64,000 bases of DNA from Hamiltosporidium tvaerminnensis FI-OER-3-3 (taxonomy: Eukaryota > Fungi > Microsporidia). Location of the stretch: the NCBI GenBank assembly GCA_022605425.2, contig JAKIMF020000013.1:620001-684000 (forward strand). The letters run 5' to 3'. The notes under the pieces are model-generated. The model did not search any database. It was given only the letters and a program-made list of their open reading frames with translations, and was not told where the DNA came from. Numbering within the stretch: position 1 is the stretch's first letter; each line of letters opens with the position of its first letter. The translations under genes and the position numbers were made by a program. Of this stretch, positions 50,836 to 64,000 are shown one piece after another.

Positions 50836-51324
50836 ACAAACAACATATCATGCTATCAACAATCTTATTATCAACATATCATGCTATTATAAAATTTTCA
50901 AATAAGTATTTTGTAGATTTCAAGTTTTAAATAAAGAAAGAAAAATAGAAAATATATTTTTAAGTTTAATTTTTATCTTTTAAATTATAATTTGTTTTTT
51001 TCTTTTAATTATAATTCATAGCTCTTAAATTATAATTCTTTTCTTTTAAATTACAATTCTTTCCTCTTAAATTGTAATTTGTTCTTTTCATACTTTATTA
51101 AAAACTAATATATTCTTACTTACATACAACTGTATCAGAAGAAAAAAGGTGTGTAATTAAGTATTTTAATTAAATTTAAATTTTTAGTAAAAAAAACAAA
51201 CCCTTTTTTAAAAAAGATGGTTTTTCTTATTGTTGATAGAAAAAAATATAAATGATTCTAGATTGATATATAATTTCTTTTTTAGCACTTGATGTGTATT
51301 TACTAGGATATTTATATTACAATG

Positions 51325-51735
51325 CTTTTTCTTTGAAAGGTATGTAGAACTTAATTAATAAATGGGAGAGTTACAATGTGTGTAATTGTAGGTCGAAGCT
51401 TACTTTGGGCTTTCCAAAGACTAGCAGAAGTCTTACTTACTATACACTTTCTGAACCTAATAAACTTCTAGCTAAGATATATCACAGCGACTTAATTAAA
51501 AGTTATTTATATGTTACAATGACATACCAACAGTTATAACCTGCTACTTAAAGTTCTCTGGCTTTTTGAAGAATAAATTTAAAACTATATTCTAGTTGTA
51601 ATGGCATACCAACAGTTATAACCTGTACTTAACGTTCTCTGGGTTTTTGGAGGATAAATTTAAAACTGTATTCTAGTTGTAATGGCATACCAACAGTTAT
51701 AACCTGCTACTTAACGTTCTCTGGATTTTTACAAG
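51325..51735 (-). mobile_element. Internal fragment of the ~730-bp element with local triplication
   Basis: actttctgaacctaataaacttctagctaagatat matches the family. cataccaacagttataacctg(c)tactta occurs three times about 80 bp apart. Confidence 0.7.
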
Positions 51736-54700
51736 ATAAGTTTATGGCTTTATCTTAGTTAGTGCTTAAATACTAGTTAAATATATTTTTTACAAATGAA
51801 AAAAAGGTATTTATTTAGCTTCTTTATTTGAGATTATTTTAAATTTTTCAATAATTACACTTTTCTACAGCTGTATTGGTTTTATTTTGATATGGTGTAT
51901 TCAGACGCAACCTTATGTTTGGTTTTTTTGGCTTTTTAAACTTTAAAAATATTTTACTCAACAACTAGTCAAGAGGTTCTGGAACCTTAGAATAAATCCG
52001 TACGTATAAGCAAAAAATATAAACTAGGATGTTACATCTAATTCAAGAATTACAAAAAACGGAATAAAATGTTTTTTACAGAAAATGATTTGTGTTTTTG
52101 GTGCAAATGAAGCTGAAATTGTATTTTTTAGACCCATTTGCCGATAAAAATCAAATATTTACATTTTAGGTGGAATGTTTCGATATAAAAAGACTTATGT
52201 TTCCATAGAAAATGCTGATGGAAAAATCAATGCAAACGCGAAGTGTCTTGTCTAGCTTTATTAAAATGTTTGTAAATCTTGAATACTTCAAAAAAAAAGT
52301 TGAAGGTACAAGTCAAATTGAAATAAACGCTTCAGTTAAATTCTTTTAAAATTTATAGTTAATCTCTTTAGGTTTTTTAGTGTTTATTTGTATCGGTTTC
52401 TGCTAAAAAAAATATTATATAGAATGTATAAATATATCTAAAATAACTTCCTCTCTGCAAAATTACCTTTTTTAACTGTCGATCACTAATTAATTATGAG
52501 CATACTTTAACTCTAGTCTAGATGTCTTCATAACAAAAAAACATTATCTAACTGTAAAACGAGAATTAGAATCATTTACAGTTAAATCAACTACCTGCTA
52601 TACGTTTAATAAAAATAATTCTTTAGTTTATAATTTTTTAAATAATTAAAATATCTAAGTACAATAAAAAAGCGAATGAATCACAGGATCTTCTCTTTAT
52701 GAGATTTGAAATATATCTTTGAAATTAAAATTTTTCGTTGAAGTCTATATATAGGTATTTAATTTATAAAAATATACTGGAAAAACACTGATAGAGGCTT
52801 GTTTTGATAAGTCCTTTATTTTGTTAGATGTAATAAATTTTAGGATTTGTGTTATAGTCAGCGTCTATTCATATTTAATATGATATATGCCATAAACAAA
52901 CTATTTCTCAATTTTCAGCTTTTAATTGGTTTAAAGAACAAAAGTATTTTATTTATTGGGCAGAGTTTTAAAGATGTAAACCCATAACAATAAAGTCTAG
53001 ATTAATATAGATTATTAAATGTGTGAAATTATTAGAAAGAATTGGCTACTTAATCTTATCTTCAAATAACAATAAACGAAATATTTATTTCAAACATTTT
53101 TTTCAATTAAGAGTAAAAATATTTGGTTAATTAAATTATTCTCTAAATATTGTAGAAAGAACTTTTATAATTTTGATGTGCTTATTATTCAAATGATAAT
53201 TGGAAATCATTTTATAAACTGCTTAAGAGATGCTTTAATCTTTAACAAATTTGTAAAAATTCCAAGTACATTCAAACTTGGCCCTAAATCTGTAAAAATC
53301 ATGGTGAAGAATGGCATAATATTGAAGATGTGGGGTGCCTTCGTGTAGAAATTGAAACTAAATCTAACTATACAGTGGTTAAAACTATAAAGTATCTAAG
53401 GTCAATAAATCGTAGAAAACTGGTTTATAACTATTTGTTTAGTTTGTCTTAAACGATGTAAAGATGTGTATTAAAAGACCATATATATCGTTTTTATAAA
53501 AAACTTTAACTAGGAATTCGCTCCTAAGATTTACTTAGACAGATTTGGAACCAGAAAAACTCTTCTTTACTTAATATTTTACTTGAATTTATTGCATACC
53601 ACGTGTTTTATTCAACAAAATAAATAAAGTGTATTACAGAGGACTTAAACAAATGGCTAAGTTAATATATATTTGCTCTAATTTAACCAAACTAGGTTTC
53701 AATGACTTTTGATAATGTAGTACTGTTTCGAAAGAGTTTACCGTATTCATATCAATAGATGTCGGAATACTATTATGACCAATAAGTCTAAAGACACACA
53801 CGCCTATAAAAAAAGCAATTGAGTATGGTGGGCTGCTTAAAATAATTTTAATAACGATAAAAAAAATCAACAAATGAATGATGTTGCCAAGATTCAATAC
53901 AAAAAAGTTATAATAAGGAACAAAACCCTTGAAAATTTTACAAATAAATGAATTATATAAAAAAAAAGTAATCGAAACCCGTAAATTAAAATTTAGCTGA
54001 TTATCCTTACATACAGAGTTATATGGACATATATAGATTTTTTTTATGTTAATATAATTGAATCTATGAATACTTATGGGCATGGACTGCTTAAATCTAC
54101 ATCATCAAAAAACAGGACAAAATAGACAGTCGTTTATTTATCTTAATTTTTTATTAAATATATCATGATTACCTTCAAAAACTTTGTTCTGATTATCTTT
54201 TTAATCTATAAATGAAACTTGAATCCAATTTGTTAAAGTAGCGACAAACCATACCAGATACGAAGCATTTATAAATTTAATTAAATATTGGATTTATTTT
54301 ACCAATTAATATATTTTATAAAACGTGATAAAAATATTTGTAGAATATAAACTTTTTAGTTTTGATGTCGCAATTAAATAGGATTAAAAAACCATTCACT
54401 GAACACTCTAAACCTAAATTTTAAAATCAGATAGTATATATTCTTCGGGATACATGTATAAATTTAAAAACAAAATAGCCCAAAAATTCTAAATTTTGTT
54501 TTAATACCTAAATAAATTCTAATAGTAACTATATTTTTCACTATCTAGTATTTTATTAATATCCTGAGTCTAAATATCTGAACATATTTTGACAAATTTT
54601 AATTTATTTAATGATTAATTGTAAAAGAAAATACCATTAGGTTGATTATTGTAGTTACAAAGTCTGTTTTACGAGGATTAAAAACTAATAATTTTACTGT

Positions 54701-55153
54701 AAATAGTTTTCACTAACCTATTAAAATAAAATTTCCATAATTAGAAATTCTTAAATTTTACATCATTTATATAATCAAATTTATATTCTCTATTCATGGA
54801 TAAAAATGAATTTCAAATATAAGTTTTGCATACTTTATAATATTCCTCTTGTATCCATTGATGAAAACTGCAAAAAGACAGAAAATTTAAAATATGTCTC
54901 TTCTTATACTCTTTATTAACTGTCTCATATTCATTATAAAAAAAGGCAAAAATACTCAATATTAAAATAATATATCTTCTAACACTCAATACCAAATGTC
55001 TTAATAAATAATAAAAAGAAATTCAACCATATAACCGATTGATTTTTCCATAATATATTTAAGTTTTAAATTTTTTTGACAAACCAAAACAATATGCTAA
55101 AAAATATAGAAAATATATTATTTATTTGAATTATCTACTATCTCTATTATTAA

Positions 55154-55414
55154 TTACGAAAGAAGATGTAAAAGAGTCAAAGTTACTTTAGATAAATGTT
55201 GTGGTTCTTTGAGAGAACAAAAAACAACATGCTTATGGTCCTTTTTAATCTTTCTACTATAAAGAAAATCAGAAATGATAGATGTATATAAAACGGTTTC
55301 CGGTGCATTTTGTGAAATATAAATAAATAAATGCGTTGATGTCTCTAAAACTCTAAAGTGTGTATTAACTCCAAATATCTCAGTTTCAAAATCTGTATAT
55401 TTTGTTTTCAACAT
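55154..55414 (-). CDS. Small hypothetical protein, possibly proteasome assembly chaperone (PAC4/PSMG4-like)
   Basis: 86-aa ORF from the ATG at 55414 with globular-looking composition. The pattern F...HFRV...LFIYI...RK.KK..VVFCSL loosely recalls PAC4. The similarity is by eye only. Confidence 0.4.
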   Translation of the reverse strand: MLKTKYTDFETEIFGVNTHFRVLETSTHLFIYISQNAPETVLYTSIISDFLYSRKIKKDHKHVVFCSLKEPQHLSKVTLTLLHLLS

Positions 55415-56149
55415 TCCAATCACTTATTATGGTACTTTCGCGTTTCCATAGATTTCCATCTTTTTAATAATTTCTAACCAATCATCTTGTTTCTTTGTAA
55501 ATAGGAAGAAAAAAATATTTTTGAGTACATTTACTTTAAATGGTAAAAACGTCAATCAATTTTCTTTGAAACTACGAAAGATTTATTTAAAAATGTAAAT
55601 TTACTAGAAATGGCAAAAACGTCAATCGAATTTTTTAAAAAAACTATGAAATCTTTTTAAAAATGTAAATTATATCTTTAAAGTCTAAAAACATCAATCT
55701 ATCGTTTTTAAAATCATCTTGATATTTAAAAAAGTAGCAACATAATTAGAATTTTAAAACAATTTAAGAACATTTTTTAATTTAAGTAATATTTTTTTTT
55801 ATCTTTTTGGGTAATTCTTAAAATTTCTCAATTTAATGGAAATTAAAGTAAAAGGAGATATTTTTTTTCATTGGTCATAAAATTTAATATGAAAAAAATA
55901 GAACATTTTTTCTCTTTTTTGACCAAATAAAGAATAAGAAAACTAATGTAAATTTTCTGTTTGCTCGAATAGATTGAAATTTTTTTTAAATTTATATACT
56001 TTATTTCTTACTAATCTTTAAGTTATAGTTGGTTCAAATTCTATATTTTATTTAACTTACATCATTTTATTCCTATAACTTAATCACTTATCATTTTAAA
56101 TTCATCTGTAATAACAATCTAAAATCTTTAAATTTAAAAAACATTACTT

Positions 56150-56262
56150 TTATGATACTCAGATACTGTGATGCTTAGATACTATGATACTCAGATACTG
56201 TGATGCTTAGATACTATGATACTGTGATACTATGATACTTTGATTCTGTGATACTTAGATAC
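56150..56262. repeat. GATACT-based microsatellite-like array
   Basis: gatact(ca/gt/at) units in tandem. Confidence 0.85.
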
Positions 56263-59200
56263 TAAAATAATTAGATAAATAAAATAGATACTTCCTCAAT
56301 AATTGCTTTATAGACATTTAAGACTACATATGTCGTTTTATATACTATATTCTTTATAAATTATGTTCAGCTTTGGGTTTATTATATTTCTAAAATAGAA
56401 TATCAAACCCACATATATATTAAGATTTGTTGCAATTTTAAATAAAAAATCATTTTTCAGTAGAAGATTGACTTACCAAAATATAGATATATATTGAGGT
56501 ATTCTCTCGTTTTTCTTTGAATATATAAACTTGCAGAATAAACTAATGCAATGGTACTAATAGTTATTGGCAGTTAAAAATTTGAATATGCATCTAAATA
56601 AATTATTATAAAGAATGAAAAAAATAACTTTTAAAAGAAATACACAAGTGTCTTATCAATAATAAAATCATTAATGAATTAATTTATTTAATATCTTTTT
56701 CTAAAAAACGTTTTTTTTACTAAATAATGATTTAATTTTAATTTCCTATTCTTTCTTATAATATTTATAAATTATTTGATACAATTTTAAGTTTGTTATC
56801 TTATTTTTTAATTTTAAACAAATTTATATTTAATTACATTTTAATCCAAAATATTAATATACTGGAAAAGATTAGTATATTTAAAATTTTAATCAATACT
56901 ATGTCTTTGCCATCTGATTCTTTTTATGTGATATATTAAGTTCTTTGATAGTCGCATTTTAGCTTATATACCATATTCATGATATAAAAAGAGCAAAGCT
57001 ATATGATTAATATACTAATTCCCTTAATTAAGACTGGCTAGATAAAGAATAACCACATGTTTATAAGATTTAACAAAAACAATAAGTTTTCCTCAATTAT
57101 TTTTTCAAGTTCGAATAAAAAAAAGCAATCCAATGCTCGGTAAATTCCAAGATTTGTTTTTATTGTTTAAACTTATTTTTTCATTTATAAATATGTAAAA
57201 GATTGCCCGTATTAAAGGAATACAGTAAAAAAGGTTAAATTCAAATCCAATTTTTATCTGCATTTATTCATAGAAATTTTAAAAAATAAATCTTAAACCA
57301 GAATGTGCATTATTTAAGGTACATTGGAATGTAAATTTATCCTAAAATTTGGTTCTATTTAGGAATCAAACGTAAATTATAAAGAATATTTATCAACAAA
57401 GACACAAATTTAAATTCATAAATTTTAAAAGAAATTAAATTAATTGTTTGTCTTTGAAACAGTCTAATTTAACTTAAAAATCTTTTTGAAAATGTAAATT
57501 TCTTTTCATTTCTCAAAAATAATTAAAATATTTTTGTATAAGATCTTCATTTATAAAATAATACAGAAATAACTTTATTTATATACAAGTTAATCACTTC
57601 AAATTATTCATAATTTAATCCTCCTTTCTTAGTTTATATAATTCTTTTATAAATATTTCTTTATTATCTATTTTTTAATTGTGTATAAGTATAAATATAA
57701 ATGAAAACAGTAAAAAAACCATAGTTCAGTGTATAATATAACAAACCTCCAAAAAAATATTTCTCTTCGTCTGAAAACAAGAATATATGTAATTTATCTT
57801 TTGTTTGTAACTTTACATTCTATAAATATTTAAATTCATCTAAATTAGCTTCTTGAGATATCTAATTATAAATTTTAAGTATACCTTTCGATTTCTTAGT
57901 TTTATAAAAATATTTCAATGTACATTGTTCGTTACAAATCTAGTTTAATTTTTGTTTCAGTGATATTCTATTCATTAAAGATTAAAGTTTTTGCCTTTTT
58001 CCAATTTTACATGTATAATTTTTATACAATCTTTTAAAATTAGAAGTAAGATTACAATATTTCAATCGAAAGAAGTAAAATTTATGTTTATAAATCCAGA
58101 ATATAGTTCTAAGTTAACTATCAGTTATCAAAATATGAACGATTTTTCTTTATTTTACGGTTCTTATTGATTTGAGAGTGTGAGTTACTCCAATTGAATT
58201 AAATTTAAAGAAAAATGTTTTAACGATAAAAAAAACTTTAAAGCTATTGAAAATGATTGTGAATATTTAAAGCATAACTAACTTAATAGCTGTTCTCCCA
58301 TAAATATAATGATTTATTGTACTGATTGTGTTTTCATTTTATAATAACTTTATAAAGATTTTTAACATAAAAATTTCGTTTGAACAATACTAGTTAAAGT
58401 AATAGAAAGTAGGAGTTTATCTTAATTTTTACTTTCTTTTGAAGAAGCTTTTTTAACCATTATTATACTTTAATGTAAAGAAGAAACAAAGAAAAAAAAT
58501 ATGAAATTACAATAATAACTATCAAATTGTCTTTATATATTAATTGATAAGAATAATTATATTTATTTACCATACAAAATCTTTTTAGCTGTGTTATCAT
58601 AAATAATGATCAATTATATCTAATATTATAATGTACTTTATATCTCTTTATAGATTCCATCTAAATATCTTTGTTTATAGATCAGTTATTTTATACAAAA
58701 ATTATTGTTCTCTAGAAATTCCAGCACATATATAAATAAAATGGTTATTATGCCAAAAAAATCAATGAATATTTATGTATCAAACCTTACTTAGTTTCAT
58801 TTTCTTGCTTTTACAGTTTTAACTTTTAGACTATTGTTTTAAGTAAAGAAATACATTTGCTTTTCTACTATGCACGTAATGAATTTTGGCTTCACTTTAA
58901 TATGTCGGATCTAATTTTAATGACTTGGAATTGTCAAAGAAATTTTTTGAAAATTATTTATATACATTTATTTACTCTAATTTAAAAACATCATAAAATT
59001 GATCATTATTTTCTAGATATTAATTCATGAATTTAAAAATTAACAGAAAGAGGTTTTGCTTAGTTCATATGATATTATAAGGCAAAAAGTAATTCTTTAA
59101 CAAATTAAATTATTGCAGGGTGCTTATCAGTGTTGCTTGACTTATATAATTGAAAGAATCGAAGCTTAAAGATAATCTTACAGACATTTTTCGGTTCTAA

Positions 59201-62200
59201 CACTTTTGTCTCAAAAATATTCTTTATATACATACGTTAGGATTCTTAAATATTCATATTTTTGCGTATTAGATAGTTGTTTATAAACTTTTCATTGTCA
59301 TTAATCTTTTTATTTTCAATATAAATTAAACTTTTCTCAATTTTTTACAAACTCTAAAAGAAGAAACCTGATATCGAAATTAAACTACTTTTTTTCCTTT
59401 ACCAAGTCCGATATTATTCTCTGTCTCCAATATAGATATTTTTTCAAAACTTAATTCTTTTTTTCTATTTTTTTGCAAATTAAATTCATTTTGTTTGAGA
59501 TCTCAGAAATTTTAATTTTTCGATACCAGACCAGCTCTTCCTTCAATTTATTTACTTTTATGTTAAATATCAAGGTGAAAAAAAATAATGTGAGAAATTT
59601 TCAAGGCTTTGAGAGTGTTTTAGGCAGAGATCTTGTTTTTTTATACACGCTATAACAACTTAAATATAAATTTATTTCACAGTTTCGACTGATATTTTCT
59701 CACAAATTTACTTATTTTAATATATTTCTTTTAATATCAGCACACCTTCTGGTGCAATAAACCACTAAACTATCATAAGTATCCGCTTACATTATCTGGT
59801 ATACAAATAATTTATCTTATTTCTGAAACAAAACTGCCCTTTCTTGCTATCTGCTCAATTCACAGATAGAACTGCGTTTGAAATATTCATGAATATGGGT
59901 TTTTTCGACATATAAATACTTTTTTTTGGATGAAATTTTTGTTCAAATAGAGAAAATTAATATTCAGTAATCGTTCTTTGATGTTCTTATATTTATAATT
60001 AGAAATAAATATGTATAAAGAATATTCAAATTAATTATTTGGTATCAATTCTATCATTAATAATAAAAAATGCAAATTTTATGATGCCATGATATAAGAT
60101 TGCATAAAATAAGGGTACAACACAACAAATTTAATATTTTAAAATTTCTTATTATTTGTAGGGTTTTAAAGATAGTTTTATAAAAAAATTTCAATTTAAT
60201 TTTGAATACAGTAATTTACCATTTAAATAAGTCAAATATCGAAGTTGAACTGTTATATTAAATATTAACATGTTTTCAATAATATTTTACTAGTATTTTT
60301 CCATTGAATTTAGAATATATTTACCTGATGTCAAGAAACTGTTAACATATTTCTATTTTGATTAGAAACTAAACTCGAATAGATATTTAGCATTCGTTGT
60401 ACTATTTTGCTCAGAATAATATAATTTTAAAACTTATATGTGCGTTTAATAGTTTTGAATTTACTTACCTCGTAAAATATTATAATATATTTAAATGTTT
60501 ATTCTCAAGGTTTTGGAATTTTTATTTTCAATTAATTTTTTTCTTGCATCGAAATTTATTTCTTAGTATATTACGATTAAAAATAAAATGCTGCTGTTTA
60601 AAAAATTCTCTTTAGATATTGTTCAACACATCAAATCATTTTAATACCTTATGAATAATTTATCAAATATAAAGAATCTAAAAAAGTAGTTTTCAACTTC
60701 ATGTTTATTTTATAATATTTTTTGCTTGAGCAAATAAAAGAAAAATTTTGTAGAAACAAATTCATTTAATAACCTGACAGAAGATATATAACTTGATTTT
60801 TTCTAAAAAGCAACTATATTACAAATCCAAGAAAGATATCTTAATAATTTGAATGTCTAAAAATATTAAAGTCAAATTTATTATTAATTTATAGGCTTGT
60901 GGTCAAGTTCATAGAAATAAACTAAATTTTACAAACATCAATAAATTAAGTCAAATTAGATATTATTCTTGAATCTCACTAAATGAGCTATTTTCTGAAA
61001 ATTTCCATTCAGGCTTTTACCCTCTCACTTGGTCTGTTGCTTGTATATATTATTTGTCCTTAATATCCGCATTTTTGGGCAGTCTTGAAACATAGCATAC
61101 AAAACTCGGGATTTTTTTACACTGAATATTTTCACAATTCTATTCTACTCGCTAATATTTTTTTTGCGGAGGTTAAAATGGGTATCTTCTCTTAATTCTA
61201 TCTGGATTAGAGCCTAATTAATTTCCATTTAATATTCATTCTCATTTTAATTTATTCGTGCAAAACAATTTCTTTCTCTGGAAAACCAGTTTATTCAGTG
61301 ATATGAAGCAAATGTAAATTGAATAATTCTATACCTTCTTAATTATCTTTATTGAAATAGTGTAATTCATTCAGTTATAAAACTCCTTGCTATTACAAGC
61401 ATAGTTTTCTATAGAAATATTATTAAGGATCTAATTAAATTGCATAAGGAAAAAACTTTCGAATATATATTTTGCTCTACTATTCATCATATATTTGTAA
61501 AAATTATTTATGAAAAAAAACTCTGACCCAGTGATTTAAAATATAAAATTAAAAAATAACTTATAAGCTTTTCGTACCACACACAACAATCCAGCAAAGG
61601 CTTTTTTATAGTGATTAGTACAAATATTTTTTTGAACCGATAAAATTTTTTAATAACTATGTCTCGCTTTCTAACACTATTATTAGTTTTCTAAGATTTT
61701 TTAACTCACCGAAGACTCATATTTCTAATCAAAAGAAATCATTGGTTTCTTACATTTTTGACAAGTTAAAAATTTCGAGGTGAATCGTCGCCGTCTTTGT
61801 TACATTACTCGTTTATATGAACAATCATCTTGTAGCCAAACCATTATATTTTAAGTTAAATCATTCTTTATTTATTATAGAAATTTCCTTATATTACCTC
61901 GTAGCCAAGCATTATATTTTAATTTAAATATTATTCTTCATACCAGATATTTTTTTTATATTTCCTAATACATTCTTGTATTACAATCATATAATTACAA
62001 TTAATATTATTCTCTTCCCATATTCTAGAAATTCCAAATATTATATTTGATTCCTTATATTTTTATTTGTACCTTACAATTTATATCCTCACTTAATTTA
62101 TTCCATTTCATTTTTCTTTTTTCTAAAAAAATCCAATTATTGAAATCTCCGTCTTTGTACAAAATAGAAGATTTAAAAAAAGTACCAATTATTTTTTAAT

Positions 62201-62337
62201 TCACACATTAATTTATTTTTAATTTTAATACTTTTTGATATAGATTATATCCTTTTTTAGAAATAAATATAAAAAAATTTTCATTTAAAAAAAATATTTA
62301 ATTAAATTAATTAAAAAGATATTGCTATATTATTAAT

Positions 62338-62575
62338 AAAAGAATATTAAAAACATATAAAAGAATATAAAAGAATTTAAAAGAGTATAAAAGATTATAA
62401 AAACATGTAAAAGAATATTAAAACATGTAAAAGGATTTAAAAACAAATAAAAGAATATTAAAACATGTAAAGATTATAAAAACATATAAAAGAATATAAA
62501 AACATGTAAAAGATTATTAAAAACAAATAAAAGATTATAAAAACGTATAAAAGAATATAAAAACGTATAAAAGGT
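62338..62575. repeat. Degenerate 10/20-bp A-rich tandem repeat
   Basis: Repeated taaaagaata/taaaaacat(g)ta units. Confidence 0.75.
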
Positions 62576-63442
62576 TTTTAAGATATTTACAATGAAATCA
62601 AAGTAAATATTTTATTCCTTTAATCCATAATATTACATTTATAACTTATAGTATTCCTTTATTTCGATAACAAACATATTAAATTAATTCAATGAAATAT
62701 TTCTTAAAAAAATCAGAAAAAATATTTTCTTATTTTTCGTATCATCATAAATAAGAAGAAATAAAATAATAAAAGAAACTAAAATGGGTTCTTCTAATTA
62801 TTTAAAATCTTATAATATACAATTCTTATCACTGTCTCATTATATAGATTCTACTTATAAATATTATTCTAAATATTACTCATAAATATTTATTTATCTT
62901 CTATTTATTTACAATATCCTTATAATACCAAATCACTTCTAAATCATTACAATCTCATACTTACTAAATTATATATAAATGTAATATCCATATAGTACCA
63001 AATCACTTCTAAATCATTACAATCTCCTATTACTAAACTATATATAAATGTAATATCCTTATAAAATAGTATTTCAATTCAATCTTAAAAACAAAGAAAA
63101 GTAAAAAATAGAACGGCATGAAAAGCAAAGAGAACAAAAAAATAAAAAGAAACAGTAAAAAGTAAAATGGAAGAAAAATTAAACGAACAAAGAAAGTAAG
63201 AAGAACAATAACAATAACAACGAAAGAAACTAAGAAAAAAAGAAGAACAAACATTATATAAATTAAAATTCTAAATATTAACCATAATTATAAATATTTG
63301 ATTTTTTATATTTTTTATATTTTTTGATTTTTGTAATTATTCAATCATTCATAATTATTCCATATTTTTATATTTTTGATTTTTTTAATTATTCAATCAT
63401 TTATAATTATTCCATATTTTTATATTTTTGATTTTTTTAACG

Positions 63443-64000
63443 TTATTTAAAAGCATCACACCCTTTTAAAATAGTGGCAAGTGTTATATTTGTTTTTATG
63501 ACATTAACGCAGTTCTAGGTTTAACATAAATAACTGCTACCCCAACACTCCATCGGTAACCCCTGCGATACCTACGTCTCAAAGCCTTTCATCTACCAGG
63601 TGTGTAGAACCTAATTAATAGGCGAGGCAGTTGCCCGGAGTTCGTTAATGTCTGTTGCATGGAGTGTGATCGAAGGCCGAAGTCCCCCCTGGGCTCCCCC
63701 AAGACTATGCAGCATTCCCACTTACTCTACTCTTTCTGAACCCAATAAACTTCTAGCTAAGATATATTTCAGAGAATTACATGGGGTCCACCTAGACAGT
63801 GCAATGTCATACCAACAGGTATAACCTGCTACTTAGCTCTCCCGGCTTTTAATGGTTTTTTGTTTTATATCTCACAGGCGCAAAGTCTTCTAACCCGAGT
63901 GAGCAAGGCTAGGTTTCCATGCTTTTACATGGCAATTACCTTCAAGTTTAGCTGCGGTCTGCAATCTGGTTACATAAAAAACTACAAATAAATTTGTGGA
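63443..64000 (-). mobile_element. ~730-bp SINE-like element, young copy cut by the window edge
   Basis: Near-identical to 23122-23690. Confidence 0.85.

Noticed and set aside
50491-50892. CRISPR-like array or 90-aa ORF
   Set aside because: Head-to-tail identical units with no unique spacers, in a eukaryote. The ORF is simply the 78-bp repeat translated.
53290-53350. Tc1-like fragment (K..I.LKMWGAF)
   Set aside because: Too short and degenerate, and no TIRs were found.

Overview
Very AT-rich, gene-sparse eukaryotic DNA. It is almost certainly microsporidian, based on a reduced SSU rRNA, a ~30-nt ITS, a 5.8S-like segment fused to the LSU, and CCC motifs before start codons. The repeat-rich style resembles Hamiltosporidium (inference). 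The window holds one minus-strand rDNA unit and three clear genes: an MBOAT acyltransferase, an EGF-like membrane protein and a polo-like kinase. It also holds a Ginger-like integrase DNA transposon, two 5'-truncated restriction-like-endonuclease non-LTR retrotransposon copies, and seven full or partial copies of a ~730-bp SINE-like element. The main finding is a minimal 58-nt HDV-like (double-pseudoknot) self-cleaving ribozyme fold whose predicted cleavage site falls at the LSU rRNA 3' end (17561-17618, minus). A second copy (16785-16842) forms the exact 5' end of a 702-bp non-coding element bounded by a perfect 15-bp target-site duplication. This suggests ribozyme-mediated pre-rRNA 3'-end formation linked to a ribozyme-headed retroelement.
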